A stretch of 64,000 nucleotides of DNA from Alphaproteobacteria bacterium (GTDB lineage Bacteria > Pseudomonadota > Alphaproteobacteria > Sphingomonadales > Emcibacteraceae). Location of the stretch: assembly GCA_030428615.1 (NCBI GenBank), contig JAUIDN010000018.1, positions 2,279 through 66,278 on the forward strand, in the 5' to 3' direction. Of the stretch, positions 36,781 to 48,958 are shown piece by piece (within the stretch, counting starts at the first letter, position 1; each line of letters opens with the position of its first letter). Both the position numbers and the translations under genes were made by a program. The notes beneath the pieces are model-generated. The model made no database searches, was not told where the DNA came from, and worked only from the letters and a program-made list of their open reading frames with translations.

Positions 36781-38165
36781 AAGTTTTCCAGAATATATTT
36801 TTTCAGTGCATCAAGGTTGTTTGGCAGGATGTCGAACTTTTCGTCACGCTCAAAAAGGTCTGCCATATGGGCCGGTAGCTCAGGATGTTGACCGGTCACT
36901 TCCTCAACGGCATCCGGGAATTTTGCAGGATGGGCCGTACTTAAGGAAATCATGGGTGTTTTCTTATCGGACCATTTGGCGCGGGCAGCTTCAATGCCCA
37001 CAGCAGTATGAGGATCAATTAATTGTCCGCTGGACGTGAATACGGAAGCTATCATTTTTCGGGTTTCTTCTTCGGAAACACGCAGAGCATCAAAGGCTTC
37101 CTTGGCTCTGGCAAGCTGCGGCGGCTGTATGACGAATAATCCACTTTGTTTTAAATTTTCCATAAGGTTTCGAATAGCAGCGCCATCCCCCTCATAGATA
37201 TTAAAGAGCAAGCGTTCAAAATTACTGGAAACCTGAATGTCCATGCTGGGGCTGATTGTCTGGATGGTCTCCCCCACTTTATATTCACCAGCGTTTAGAG
37301 TGCGTGACAGAATATCATTGACGTTCGTTGCGACAACCAATTGATCAATTGGCAGCCCCATTTGCTTTGCAATATAACCGGCATACACATCCCCAAAATT
37401 TCCGGTGGGAACACTGAAGGACACTTTACGGTTCGGTGCACCGAGCGCAACCGCGGATGTAAAGTAATACACGATCTGTGCCATAACCCGCGCCCAGTTA
37501 ATACTGTTCACAGCAGACAAATTTATCTTGTCGCGAAAATCCAAATCATTGAACAATGCTTTAACCAATGCCTGACAATCATCGAAGTCACCTTCTATTG
37601 CAATGTTATGGACATTGTCCTTAATCACGGTGGTCATTTGCCGGCGTTGCACGTCCGACACACGTCCCTTTGGATGCAACATAAAAATATCGGCACATGC
37701 CCGGCCCTGAACGCAATCAATGGCCGCTGATCCAGTATCGCCTGACGTTGCCCCAACAATGGTTATTTTGTCACCGCGTTTTGTCAGAACGTAATCAAAC
37801 AAGTGGCCCAGGAGCTGTAATGCGACATCCTTGAAAGCGAGTGTGGGGCCATGAAACAGTTCCAGTATCCATTCGTTATTATCCAGTTGGGCCAAAGGAA
37901 CAATGGCATCATGGCGAAAGCTTGAATATGCCTTATTTATTAACTGTTTGAAGTCATCTTCCGGTATATCCGGGCAAGCGTAGGGGGACATCACATCAAA
38001 CGCGATCTCCTGATAGCTTTTCCCCCGCATTTCTTTGATTTGATCGAACGTAAATGTTGGCCAGGACTGTGGCAGATATAAACCTCCATCACGGGCGAGG
38101 CCAGATAGCAATACTTCCTCAAAATTCAGGTCCGGCGCCTCAGCGCGCGTGCTAATATATCTCAC
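36777..38165 (-). CDS. thrC: Threonine synthase
   Basis: MRYISTRAEAP N-terminus, HGPTLAFKD PLP-Lys motif and 462 aa. Confidence 0.92.
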   Translation of the reverse strand: MRYISTRAEAPDLNFEEVLLSGLARDGGLYLPQSWPTFTFDQIKEMRGKSYQEIAFDVMSPYACPDIPEDDFKQLINKAYSSFRHDAIVPLAQLDNNEWILELFHGPTLAFKDVALQLLGHLFDYVLTKRGDKITIVGATSGDTGSAAIDCVQGRACADIFMLHPKGRVSDVQRRQMTTVIKDNVHNIAIEGDFDDCQALVKALFNDLDFRDKINLSAVNSINWARVMAQIVYYFTSAVALGAPNRKVSFSVPTGNFGDVYAGYIAKQMGLPIDQLVVATNVNDILSRTLNAGEYKVGETIQTISPSMDIQVSSNFERLLFNIYEGDGAAIRNLMENLKQSGLFVIQPPQLARAKEAFDALRVSEEETRKMIASVFTSSGQLIDPHTAVGIEAARAKWSDKKTPMISLSTAHPAKFPDAVEEVTGQHPELPAHMADLFERDEKFDILPNNLDALKKYILENL

Positions 38166-38246
38166 TTATAAATCCTCTAAAGATGACAATATTTTTCGAA
38201 ACAGACATTAGCAATAAAACCTCAACATGCAAGCCTTTCTTGATGC

Positions 38247-38957
38247 TCAGACTTCCTTCTTTTTGATATGGGCAATCAGATAAATCACCACCAAAACAAT
38301 GGCAAGTCCAAACCATGTAAGCGCGTAATCAAGATGGTTATTAACGATATTAAATTCTGTCCGTCCCGCAACCGGATAGCTGTTATCCCCATCCATTTTG
38401 GCAGCATAAAGAAACATTGGGTATACGTCTTTAATATTTTGTGCTTTTGCCATTCCTGCAAGGTCACGGTAAAACCAATTATTATTCTCCGGCTCATTTT
38501 CAGGACCATACCATAACTTTGTGCCCGGTTTACGAAGCAGCCCGGTTACTGAAACAATACCCTCAACAAGGGTGTCTGGCCGTGCGACCTGATTCTTAAT
38601 CTGTTCGGGAACCCATCCCCGATTAATAATTATTATTTGTCCTAACTGATCGGTAAAAGGCGTATAAAGATCATAACCCGGCTCGCCATTTGGACCTACG
38701 CTGTACACGGTCATTTCCTGATCATTATTAAATGTGCCCATGAGCGAAACAGACTGGTATTCCAATTCATCCAGATTGTTTATTCCGATAGGTAGCGGCA
38801 CCGGATCCATAAAAGCGCGTTCTTCAATCTGCTCTATTAACCCGAGCTTCCATTCCAATCGCTGCAACTGCCAATTACCAAGAAGCAATAGGGCGATTAA
38901 AATAGGAATGGTTGTAACCGTGGGCCAAAATTTTGGCTTAAATACATATGAAGACAT
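38247..38957 (-). CDS. SURF1 family cytochrome oxidase biogenesis protein
   Basis: N- and C-terminal TM helices, the GNWQLQRLEWK motif and a position within the cta cluster. Confidence 0.85.
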   Translation of the reverse strand: MSSYVFKPKFWPTVTTIPILIALLLLGNWQLQRLEWKLGLIEQIEERAFMDPVPLPIGINNLDELEYQSVSLMGTFNNDQEMTVYSVGPNGEPGYDLYTPFTDQLGQIIIINRGWVPEQIKNQVARPDTLVEGIVSVTGLLRKPGTKLWYGPENEPENNNWFYRDLAGMAKAQNIKDVYPMFLYAAKMDGDNSYPVAGRTEFNIVNNHLDYALTWFGLAIVLVVIYLIAHIKKKEV

Positions 38958-38958
38958 A

Positions 38959-39339
38959 TCAATCGCCCAATTTACCCTCGCGCGCTTTATAAAGATATTG
39001 CATCGCCACCATTATGCCCTTCATCGGCCTGAGCATCGCGATAGATCCACCGATAATCAATGGACCCCAAATCAGTGCGTGAAGCCACAAAGGAGGATGG
39101 AATTTCACTTCAACCACCAAGGCAAAACCGACAATGATAAAACCTAATATCAAAATGATGAAAACAGCGGGCCCATCACCCGCATCAAACATTGAATAAT
39201 CAAGTCCGCAATTTTCACATTCTTCCGCGAACCCGAGAAACCCGCTGTAAAGTTTTCCTTTACCGCACCTGGGACAACGACACCCCAGCCCTGCTTTTAT
39301 CGGCGAGACTGGGGTGTCTGAATTTTCGAAATCTGACAA
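38959..39339 (-). CDS. DUF983 domain protein
   Basis: CPRCGKGKL...C..CGL zinc-ribbon followed by two TM helices. Typical neighbour of ctaE/SURF1 in alphaproteobacteria. Confidence 0.7.
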   Translation of the reverse strand: MSDFENSDTPVSPIKAGLGCRCPRCGKGKLYSGFLGFAEECENCGLDYSMFDAGDGPAVFIILILGFIIVGFALVVEVKFHPPLWLHALIWGPLIIGGSIAMLRPMKGIMVAMQYLYKAREGKLGD

Positions 39340-39344
39340 ATGCT

Positions 39345-40142
39345 TTAGCCTGTAATCCCGATATAGATGCAGAAGAACAATACCAACCAGACAACGTCAA
39401 CGAAATGCCAGTACCATGCGGCAGCTTCAAATCCGAAATGATGATCTTTTTTGAAATGACCGGCATAAGCACGAAGTAAATTAACCGTCAAGAAGATGGT
39501 CCCGATCAAAACGTGAAAACCATGAAATCCGGTAGCCATATAGAATGTTGAACTATAGATACCATCCGCAAAACCGAAAGTCGCGTGACTGTATTCATAT
39601 GCCTGAATAGCAGTGAAACACGCACCAAGCAGGATCGTAAACAGAAGCATCTGCTTAAACATAGCGCGGTCTCCCTCCACGAGTGAGTGATGCGCCCATG
39701 TTACCGTACATCCGGAAAGCAGAAGAATCAAAGTGTTGACCAAGGGCAAGTGCCATGGGTCAAGAACTTCGACACCTTCTGGTGGCCAAACAAAATTAAT
39801 CGCTTCTGTCGGGAAGATACTTGCGTTAAAAAAAGCCCAGAACCAAGCCACGAAGAACATTACTTCTGAAATAATAAAAAGGAACATACCATATCTAAGA
39901 CCAAGCTGGACAATCGGTTTATGATGGCCTTCATATTCAGCTTCCCTGATAACATCGCCCCACCAGCTATAGGCGCCAAAAATGGTCATAAGTGTTCCTA
40001 TGCTGACAAGCCATACGTTGTCATAATGCATGTAAAGCACACCACCAAAGAACAAAAGAAATGCCGAGAATGAGCAAAATATTGGCCAGATGCTGGGATC
40101 TACCAAGTGGTAATTATGGTTAGGCGCATGTGAATCTGACAT
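39345..40142 (-). CDS. ctaE: Cytochrome c oxidase (aa3) subunit III
   Basis: HNYHLVDPSIWP N-terminus, seven TM helices and a HFGFEAAAWYWHFVDVVW C-terminal motif. Confidence 0.93.
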   Translation of the reverse strand: MSDSHAPNHNYHLVDPSIWPIFCSFSAFLLFFGGVLYMHYDNVWLVSIGTLMTIFGAYSWWGDVIREAEYEGHHKPIVQLGLRYGMFLFIISEVMFFVAWFWAFFNASIFPTEAINFVWPPEGVEVLDPWHLPLVNTLILLLSGCTVTWAHHSLVEGDRAMFKQMLLFTILLGACFTAIQAYEYSHATFGFADGIYSSTFYMATGFHGFHVLIGTIFLTVNLLRAYAGHFKKDHHFGFEAAAWYWHFVDVVWLVLFFCIYIGITG

Positions 40143-40160
40143 AAATTATTCCTTATATAT

Positions 40161-40727
40161 CTATTCAAATTGTTTGTTATAATCTTCTGATGGGAAGAAT
40201 GTATACGAAAGCGTCAGTTCCTTGATTTCATCAACGTCTTCATCTTCGACGAACTCTGGATCAATATAGAAACTTACCGCCATGTCAACTTCTTCACCGG
40301 GTTGTAATGTTTGTTCCGTAAAACAAAAACATTCAATCTTGTTAAAATAGTATGCCGTTTTAAATGGCGTCACGTTAAATGTCGCAACACCGGTTATCGG
40401 CTCGTCACTTTCATTTACCGCTTTATAAAAAATCAGCGCTTCCTCGCCAACTTTTACTTTTACTTTTCTTTGCGCGGGCTTGAAATACCATGGAAGTTTT
40501 CCGTTTATATCTGCGTTAAACAACACTGTAACCTCACGGTCCTTTATCATGCTTTCATCGGGTGCATAGTCCGCAACCCCCGTTGTCCCGCCGATGCCGG
40601 TAGCCTGACAAAACATCTGATATAGTGGCACTGATGCAACAACCAGTACACTCATTGAAAATATGATTCCCAACGCTATCATAAGTGTTTTTGTGTGAAT
40701 ATTTTTTTGGGGAGCAGGACTATTCAT
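40161..40727 (-). CDS. ctaG: Cytochrome c oxidase assembly protein CtaG/Cox11
   Basis: VPLY..FC..TG N-terminal region and the CFCF copper-binding motif. Confidence 0.9.
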   Translation of the reverse strand: MNSPAPQKNIHTKTLMIALGIIFSMSVLVVASVPLYQMFCQATGIGGTTGVADYAPDESMIKDREVTVLFNADINGKLPWYFKPAQRKVKVKVGEEALIFYKAVNESDEPITGVATFNVTPFKTAYYFNKIECFCFTEQTLQPGEEVDMAVSFYIDPEFVEDEDVDEIKELTLSYTFFPSEDYNKQFE

Positions 40728-40731
40728 AATG

Positions 40732-40851
40732 TCTATACTACCCCCAGCTTCACAAGCGTCACAACAAAGAACAATACCACGAGCCCGCCTAAAACAGCGG
40801 CCAAAGCAAAATTGCGACCAGCACGTTTTTTATGTTCTTCATGGAGCGGCA
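40732..40851 (-). CDS. Possible 39-aa membrane peptide between ctaB and ctaG (not in the ORF track)
   Basis: [39 protein letters not shown]. The ATG directly follows the ctaB stop, and the stop lies 4 nt before the ctaG start. It fills an otherwise unexplained 124-nt gap in a tightly packed operon. Confidence 0.45.
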
Positions 40852-41775
40852 TTAAATTATCCTCCCGATTAAGTTTTCCAGCCCCAGCATTGCAAAAAGA
40901 CCAAACAAGTAAAAAATCGAAAATATGAAAACACGTTTTGCACTTCGGTTATCGTCAGTGGCAGGTTTAGTATCGACTGCCAATGCATATGAAAGCCATA
41001 TGAACATACCGCCCAGCAACCCCGCAAATACGGCATAATAAATACCGGCAAAACCAAAATACCACGGCATAATAGTCACCGGCACCATTAAAATAGTGTA
41101 TAATAAGATTTGATTTTTTGTGTTTCTTTCGCCCTTGACCACCGGGAGCATCGGTATACCTGCTCTTTCATAATCCTTACAGGCAAAAAGCGACAACGCC
41201 CAAAAATGGGGAGGCGTCCACATAAAAATAATGGCAAATAAAATTGCACTTCCAATGCTGACATCACCTGTCACAGCGGCCCACGCGACCATCGGCGGAA
41301 AGGCTCCTGCCGCACCGCCGATAACGATATTTTGTGCAGTCCGACGTTTTAGCCATATTGTATAAACAACAACATAAAACAGGATCGTTACCGCGAGCAA
41401 AATCGCCGAGACAACATTAACCAGAAGCCCCATAATCAATACGGACGCGACAGAAAGGGCTACACCGAAGTGAAGCGCCGATGTCCTGTCTATCCTACCC
41501 GATGGTATCGGTCGATTTGCGGTACGGTTCATTTTCGCATCGATGTCCGCCTCATACCACATATTGAGACAACCCGACGCACCCGCCGCCACCGCAATAC
41601 ACAAGATTGCCGTAAATCCGATAACCGGATGAATTTCTCCCGGCGCAACAAGAAGACCGATAAAAGCCGTAAAAATCACTAGAGACATTACCCGTGGCTT
41701 AAGCAGACTGAAATAATCACCCGCACTAGGCAGGTTATAGTCAGCGATATTTCTGTCAGATGATGTAATGTCCAT
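40852..41775 (-). CDS. ctaB: Heme O synthase (protoheme IX farnesyltransferase)
   Basis: UbiA-type polytopic protein with [21 protein letters not shown] and Asp-rich motifs. Confidence 0.92.
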   Translation of the reverse strand: MDITSSDRNIADYNLPSAGDYFSLLKPRVMSLVIFTAFIGLLVAPGEIHPVIGFTAILCIAVAAGASGCLNMWYEADIDAKMNRTANRPIPSGRIDRTSALHFGVALSVASVLIMGLLVNVVSAILLAVTILFYVVVYTIWLKRRTAQNIVIGGAAGAFPPMVAWAAVTGDVSIGSAILFAIIFMWTPPHFWALSLFACKDYERAGIPMLPVVKGERNTKNQILLYTILMVPVTIMPWYFGFAGIYYAVFAGLLGGMFIWLSYALAVDTKPATDDNRSAKRVFIFSIFYLFGLFAMLGLENLIGRII

Positions 41776-41841
41776 TTTATATTTTCTTCAAACTCAAATT
41801 TAAAATCGCCGGGCCAATGAATAGCCCGGCAAAAATCAGAA

Positions 41842-43485
<1,644 letters not shown>

Positions 43486-44364
43486 TTATTCTGTTATGCT
43501 TTGCGCTGATGCATATTGCCTCAAGCGCGGTGCATCGTTGGATGCATATTTAACTTTCGCTTCTTCAAGCCACGCTTCATATTCAGCTTGAGAAACAACT
43601 TCGACCATAATCGGCATAAAACCGTGATTGATGCCGCATAATTCCGAACATTGTCCGTAATACATACCTTCCTTGGTAGCTTTGAACCAGGTCTCATTCA
43701 AAACGCCGGGTACTGCGTCAATTTTCGCGCCAAACGCAGGTATCGTCCAAGCATGGATAACATCATTAGCCGTCACCTGTACACGAACCACTTTATTCAC
43801 CGGGACTACAACATGCTCATCAGTACCAAGAAGTCTTGGGTGGTCATTATAACCTTCGTCACCTTCATTAAGAATTGTCGCATCAAATGCGATTTCCTCA
43901 TAGTCAGGATATTCATAAGACCAGTACCACTGGTTGCCTATCGCTTTAATGGTCACATCCGCTTCAGGTATTACGTCCTGATTGTAAAGTAGTCTGAATG
44001 AAGGGATTGCGATAACAACCAGTATCAGAACAGGAACTGCTGTCCAGACTATTTCGAGCACTGTGTTGTGAGTTGTTTTCGATGGAACAGGATTTGCTTT
44101 CGCATTAAACTTAAGCATAATATAAAGCAAAATCAGCGTTACAAAAATGGTAATCCCTGTGATAATCCACATAAGCAGATTATGAAACGCTATCGTTTCT
44201 TCCATGATTGGTGAGGCAGCTTGCATGAAACCAAGCTGACCTGGCGCTGCACTGTGAATACCATCAGAAGCCGGATGTACGCTGTTTTGAGCGCTCGCGA
44301 AACCAGTGCCGATGATCGTCATCATTAGTGCTACAACCATCAAATATGTTTTTTTGAACAACAT
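43486..44364 (-). CDS. ctaC: Cytochrome c oxidase (aa3) subunit II
   Basis: Signal peptide plus two TM helices. CuA site QCSELCGINHGFMP. Confidence 0.95.
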   Translation of the reverse strand: MLFKKTYLMVVALMMTIIGTGFASAQNSVHPASDGIHSAAPGQLGFMQAASPIMEETIAFHNLLMWIITGITIFVTLILLYIMLKFNAKANPVPSKTTHNTVLEIVWTAVPVLILVVIAIPSFRLLYNQDVIPEADVTIKAIGNQWYWSYEYPDYEEIAFDATILNEGDEGYNDHPRLLGTDEHVVVPVNKVVRVQVTANDVIHAWTIPAFGAKIDAVPGVLNETWFKATKEGMYYGQCSELCGINHGFMPIMVEVVSQAEYEAWLEEAKVKYASNDAPRLRQYASAQSITE

Positions 44365-44551
44365 GTTCCTTTTTACCCCTTAAAATACGGATATGAACGT
44401 TAATGTTGGCGCAAATGTTGAAAGATTGTGGAGCTTCATCGATTACTAAAGTCTTCCCCTTCCCAACAAAAACGACCTTCGGGTGAGTTTATACCAGAAT
44501 TTTGATCCAGCTCAAGACCGCATATGCAAAAAAAATGTAATTTTATCACGT

Positions 44552-44565
44552 TTGATATAGATCAA
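44552..44565. promoter_or_regulatory. Perfect FNR/FixK-type box TTGAT-N4-ATCAA
   Basis: TTGATATAGATCAA lies in the 350-nt divergent intergenic region between ctaC (start 44364) and tldD (start 44715). Confidence 0.45.
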
Positions 44566-44714
44566 TAGAATCATTTAAGTCCCTATTCCACCAAAGAGGG
44601 GCAAATAAAGCTCATTTTTCGCACTTTTACTTGGACTTGCAAAAATTTCGTTTAGTCGATATTACTAAACTTCATTTTAAATAGTCCTCGAACGTGTAAA
44701 GCTTATTTTCTCTC

Positions 44715-46163
44715 ATGAATAACAATATAACAGATAAATCATATTTTTTTTCGAATTCCGACATCGAATCTGGCCTGTCGTCCCTCAGGACGCAGCGTTT
44801 TGTTGATGAAGCATTGCACGGGATGGACGATGGTGAACTTTATTTGCAATATTCGCAATCCGAGACATTCTCCTTCGATGACGGGAGACTAAAAAATGCG
44901 GCCTACGACACCTCAAAGGGATTTGGGCTTCGCAGTATTCTGGATGAGGCGACCGGCTATGCACATTCATCAGAACTAAGTGAAGATGCGCTCGCACGGG
45001 CGGTAAACACCGTTCAAAGCGTCAAGTCCGGTCAAAGCGGCACCCTTTCAATACCCCCACAAAGAACCAACAGAAAATTATATAGTGACCAAAATCCCAT
45101 TGTCAGCACCGTGGATTTTAAAGACAAAATCCGAATATTGCAGGAAATCGACGAATATGCGCGCACAAAAGACCCTAGGATTTGTCAGGTCAGCTGTTCG
45201 ATTGCAGGAGAGTGGCAGGTAATTGAAATCATCCGACCGGGAGGACACAGGGTTCAGGATATACGCCCGCTCGTGCGTCTTAATGTTAGTGTCGTTGCAA
45301 AAAAGGGCGACCGGATGGAAAGCGGATATGAAGGATCCGGTGGACGTTACACTTACGAGGAGCTTCTAACCTCGGAAAACTGGAAACAGCAAACCGACAA
45401 TGCCATCCGCCAGGCTATCCTGAATTTGGATAGCGTCCCCGCCCCTGCCGGTGAAATGGATGTTGTTCTTGGGCCAGGCTGGCCGGGTGTTCTTCTTCAT
45501 GAAGCGATCGGCCATGGACTTGAAGGAGATTTTAACAGAAAAGGGACTTCTGCGTTCGCGGGCCTTATGGGAGAACGCATTGCCGCAAAGGGCGTTACCG
45601 TCGTTGATAACGGAACAATGGAAAACAGGCGTGGCTCACTTTCCATTGATGATGAAGGAACCCCCACTAGCTGCACAACCCTTATAGAAGACGGAATTCT
45701 TGTAGGATACATGCAGGACCGAATGAATGCCCGGCTTATGGGCAAACAGTCGACCGGAAATGGCCGCAGGCAAAGCTATGCGCACCAACCAATGCCCCGC
45801 ATGACAAACACTTATATGCTAAGTGGAAATCAGGAACCGGAAGAAATACTGGCCGGGGTCAAAGATGGGCTTTACGCGGTAAATTTCGGCGGCGGGCAGG
45901 TTGATATCACAAATGGCAAATTTGTATTCAGTTGCACAGAAGCTTATCGTGTTAAAAATGGGAAAATACAGGAACCCGTCAAGGGCGCTACACTCATCGG
46001 TAATGGCCCTGACGCACTTAAACGGATCAGCGCGGTCGGAAACGATCTAAAATTGGATAATGGTGTTGGTATTTGTGGCAAAGCGGGCCAATCAGTCCCC
46101 GTCGGTGTTGGACAACCAACACTTCGACTTGATGGTATTACAGTTGGCGGTACTGATATTTAA
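44715..46163 (+). CDS. tldD: Metalloprotease TldD
   Basis: 482 aa. HEAIGHGLE zinc motif and a C-terminal GxC...G pattern typical of TldD. Confidence 0.92.
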   Translation: MNNNITDKSYFFSNSDIESGLSSLRTQRFVDEALHGMDDGELYLQYSQSETFSFDDGRLKNAAYDTSKGFGLRSILDEATGYAHSSELSEDALARAVNTVQSVKSGQSGTLSIPPQRTNRKLYSDQNPIVSTVDFKDKIRILQEIDEYARTKDPRICQVSCSIAGEWQVIEIIRPGGHRVQDIRPLVRLNVSVVAKKGDRMESGYEGSGGRYTYEELLTSENWKQQTDNAIRQAILNLDSVPAPAGEMDVVLGPGWPGVLLHEAIGHGLEGDFNRKGTSAFAGLMGERIAAKGVTVVDNGTMENRRGSLSIDDEGTPTSCTTLIEDGILVGYMQDRMNARLMGKQSTGNGRRQSYAHQPMPRMTNTYMLSGNQEPEEILAGVKDGLYAVNFGGGQVDITNGKFVFSCTEAYRVKNGKIQEPVKGATLIGNGPDALKRISAVGNDLKLDNGVGICGKAGQSVPVGVGQPTLRLDGITVGGTDI

Positions 46164-46183
46164 AACCCACTTTAGGAAATCCG

Positions 46184-47182
46184 ATGTTGAGAAGAGTATT
46201 ATGGGTAGAATATGCCAAGGCGATTGGTATCATTTTGGTTGTTTACGGACACGTTGCAAGAGGTATCCATACTGCCGGACTTCCCATTAACCCGGATTTC
46301 TTCAAAATAACTGACGCAATTATATACAGCTTTCATATGCCGCTCTTCTTTTTTCTGTCGGGTCTTTTTTTGATCCATTCTTTGGAAAAACGAGGCCGAA
46401 TGGCTTTTATCGCTTCGAAATTAAGTACAGTAGTCTACCCTTATCTGTTGTGGTCTATTTTGCAGGGCATCATTGAAGTTAAGATGAATTCATATACGAA
46501 CGCCGGAATCGACATCGTGGACATGATGCCTCTTCTGTATCAGCCGCGGGCTCAATTCTGGTTTCTATATGCGCTATCCATGATTTTTGTTTTTTCTGCA
46601 TTGGTTTACCGGAGTTATAAATATTCATTCGCAATAAGTGTTTTTATTGTCGCCGCTATTGCTTATATTTTTAACAATCACATTCCAAGCGCATTCAATC
46701 TCGTCTATCTCAAAGGTTATTTTGTCTATTTCGCATTTGGCGTTTTATTCAGCTTCTGGAAAAACCAAGAAGTTCTTGGTAAAAAAGCTACTTTATTCAT
46801 TCTATTTGTCATTTTTGTTCTCGGACAAATCCTATATCAAAACATTGATATGTTTACTGACATCTACGTACAAAATATTATAAAATTAGCCTCAACAATA
46901 TCCGCCATATTGTTTGTTGCAAGTAGTACGAAATACTTATCAGGGATGTCATTGAATTTCCTGATTAATCTTGGGCGATATTCATTACCGATCTATTTAA
47001 TGCACATCATATTCGGCAGTGGCACAAGAATTATACTCTTCAATATCTTCCATGTCACATCGGCATTCATTCACACTATATTGGGGTGTTTAATCGGAAT
47101 TATTGCACCTCTTATGATTGCAACGATCATTAACAAATATAAGATTCATTATATATTTTCTTTTCCGACAAAATCCACCTAA
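46184..47182 (+). CDS. Acyltransferase family 3 membrane protein
   Basis: W.EY.K..GI.LVV.GH N-terminal motif and about 10 predicted TM helices. Confidence 0.8.
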   Translation: MLRRVLWVEYAKAIGIILVVYGHVARGIHTAGLPINPDFFKITDAIIYSFHMPLFFFLSGLFLIHSLEKRGRMAFIASKLSTVVYPYLLWSILQGIIEVKMNSYTNAGIDIVDMMPLLYQPRAQFWFLYALSMIFVFSALVYRSYKYSFAISVFIVAAIAYIFNNHIPSAFNLVYLKGYFVYFAFGVLFSFWKNQEVLGKKATLFILFVIFVLGQILYQNIDMFTDIYVQNIIKLASTISAILFVASSTKYLSGMSLNFLINLGRYSLPIYLMHIIFGSGTRIILFNIFHVTSAFIHTILGCLIGIIAPLMIATIINKYKIHYIFSFPTKST

Positions 47183-48321
47183 CGAAGATAAGCACTATAA
47201 ATTTCAAAAAAAATTGAAATGCCGCCTTCTATCAGTTCATCGGGAAAGTCATAGTCAGGATTATGTATCTGTGGGTTCTCCTCTCCCGCACCATACGCAA
47301 ACATCGCCCCCTTCGCGCTTGCACTTATGGCACCAAAGTCCTCGGACCAGCGAAATGGCGCTTCGAGCAAAACCGCGTCATGTTTTGTTTTTTCTGCTGC
47401 CTCAAGAACATCGTTGACACACCCCTGATCATTCACGCTTGCATCAAAAATATCTGCCCAATCAATTGAAAATTCAAGATTATTTTCTTCTGCTACCTTT
47501 TGCACCTCTTCCTCGGCCTTTTGAACCAGCAAATCCATACCATCGTTGGTTTCGCTTCGAAGTGTTACCAATAGAGCCGCATCTGCTGGCGCTGTACCAA
47601 AGGCTTTTTCTCCCATGCTAGCGTGCACCGTTGTCGTCATGATAAGCTCGTCTATTTCTACTTTTGATGCCAATATCGGAAAAATTTGCAATAGTGCTGA
47701 CAGCGCCGCCGCAGGGCTATTCCCTGTTTCAGGGTAGGCCGCATGTGCAGTCTTGCCGGATAAATGAATAATCATCCCCCTTGAGGCACAATTGAAAGTT
47801 CCCGCGCGGATCAGTATCTGCCCCATGGGATAACCCGGAAGATTATGAAGCGCATAGCAATAATCAGGGTTTAGTTGTTTATACCGAGGGTCGGCAACCA
47901 CGGCTCTCGCCCCTTCTCCGGTTTCTTCGGCTGGCTGGAAAAGCAAAATTACACTGCCGCAGTCAGGTCTGTTTTGAGAAATCCTCGCGGCCAAACCGTA
48001 AATAATTGCCATATGTCCATCATGACCGCATTTATGCGAAATGCCCGGATTTTTGGACCGGTAGGAAAAATCATTTATTTCTTCGATGGGAAGAGCATCA
48101 AGTTCCGAGCGAAATAAAATCCGCGGCCCCGGTTTTTCAGCGTTAAATATGGCCGCTATACCACAACCACCAATATCGGTTACAATTTCATCGGGGTTGA
48201 GTTCCCTCAACCAACCTTTCAAAAAAGCGGCGGTTTCATATTCCACCCCTGACAATTCGGGGTTTTGATGAATAACACGGCGCATTCCTATTAATTGTTC
48301 AATTTCATTACTCATCATCAA
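47179..48321 (-). CDS. M20D family amidohydrolase
   Basis: RR.IHQNPELS..E..TA.F, HKCGHDGH and QPAEE metal-binding motifs. Three consecutive Met codons leave the exact start ambiguous. Confidence 0.85.
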   Translation of the reverse strand: MMMSNEIEQLIGMRRVIHQNPELSGVEYETAAFLKGWLRELNPDEIVTDIGGCGIAAIFNAEKPGPRILFRSELDALPIEEINDFSYRSKNPGISHKCGHDGHMAIIYGLAARISQNRPDCGSVILLFQPAEETGEGARAVVADPRYKQLNPDYCYALHNLPGYPMGQILIRAGTFNCASRGMIIHLSGKTAHAAYPETGNSPAAALSALLQIFPILASKVEIDELIMTTTVHASMGEKAFGTAPADAALLVTLRSETNDGMDLLVQKAEEEVQKVAEENNLEFSIDWADIFDASVNDQGCVNDVLEAAEKTKHDAVLLEAPFRWSEDFGAISASAKGAMFAYGAGEENPQIHNPDYDFPDELIEGGISIFFEIYSAYLR

Positions 48322-48754
48322 CCGTTCCAGTTAATTTTAAGAGCGCTACAATAGCATCATTTGCTTTTGCTTCCTGCACAAAAATATGATCATGATAATA
48401 ACCCGCCACCACATTCGCACTGATCCCGCTTTCCATCAAAGCCTTTGCAAAAGCAGCCGTCAGCCCCACTGCTTCCAGGCTCGAATGTACGAGGAGCGTG
48501 ATTTTTCTGTAAATTCCTTCGTAAGCCAGACGGGCTGCGTCTGCATCTTCTTTTTTCAGGATAAGCGTTAAACCTTCTTCTTCGCGAATTACACAATGTG
48601 GTTTTAAGGATATGATTTCATTATCAAATTCACGGTCAACACTGCAAAAAATATATTTTTCTTTGCCCAGAGAAGGTTCCATATTCTTTAAAAGGATATC
48701 CAAATCTTTAATACCTTCCTTATTTGCGATTGAGTTCGACGAATAACCGCTCAT
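48308..48754 (-). CDS. ACT-domain-containing small protein
   Basis: C-terminal EAVGLTAAFAKAL...GISANVVAGYYHDHIFV pattern of ACT_7-type proteins. Start set at ATG 48754, which has AGGAG 8 nt upstream. The longer 48904 start is likely an over-extension. Confidence 0.6.
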   Translation of the reverse strand: MSGYSSNSIANKEGIKDLDILLKNMEPSLGKEKYIFCSVDREFDNEIISLKPHCVIREEEGLTLILKKEDADAARLAYEGIYRKITLLVHSSLEAVGLTAAFAKALMESGISANVVAGYYHDHIFVQEAKANDAIVALLKLTGTVDDE

Positions 48755-48958
48755 AAATAAAACTCCTGTTTTAAATGTTCTTTTTCTGTCTATCACAAAA
48801 TTCGCCCGATAGAAGCACTTATCCTTTTCGCAGAGTTTGGTTGACGCGAATCCTATCATTGAAGTTGTAGACATACGGCCCATAAATATAATAGCCTGAT
48901 GCATCAGAACATATCACGGGCTATTGATCAATTTTAAGGCGCCGGGGACAGGAAACAA

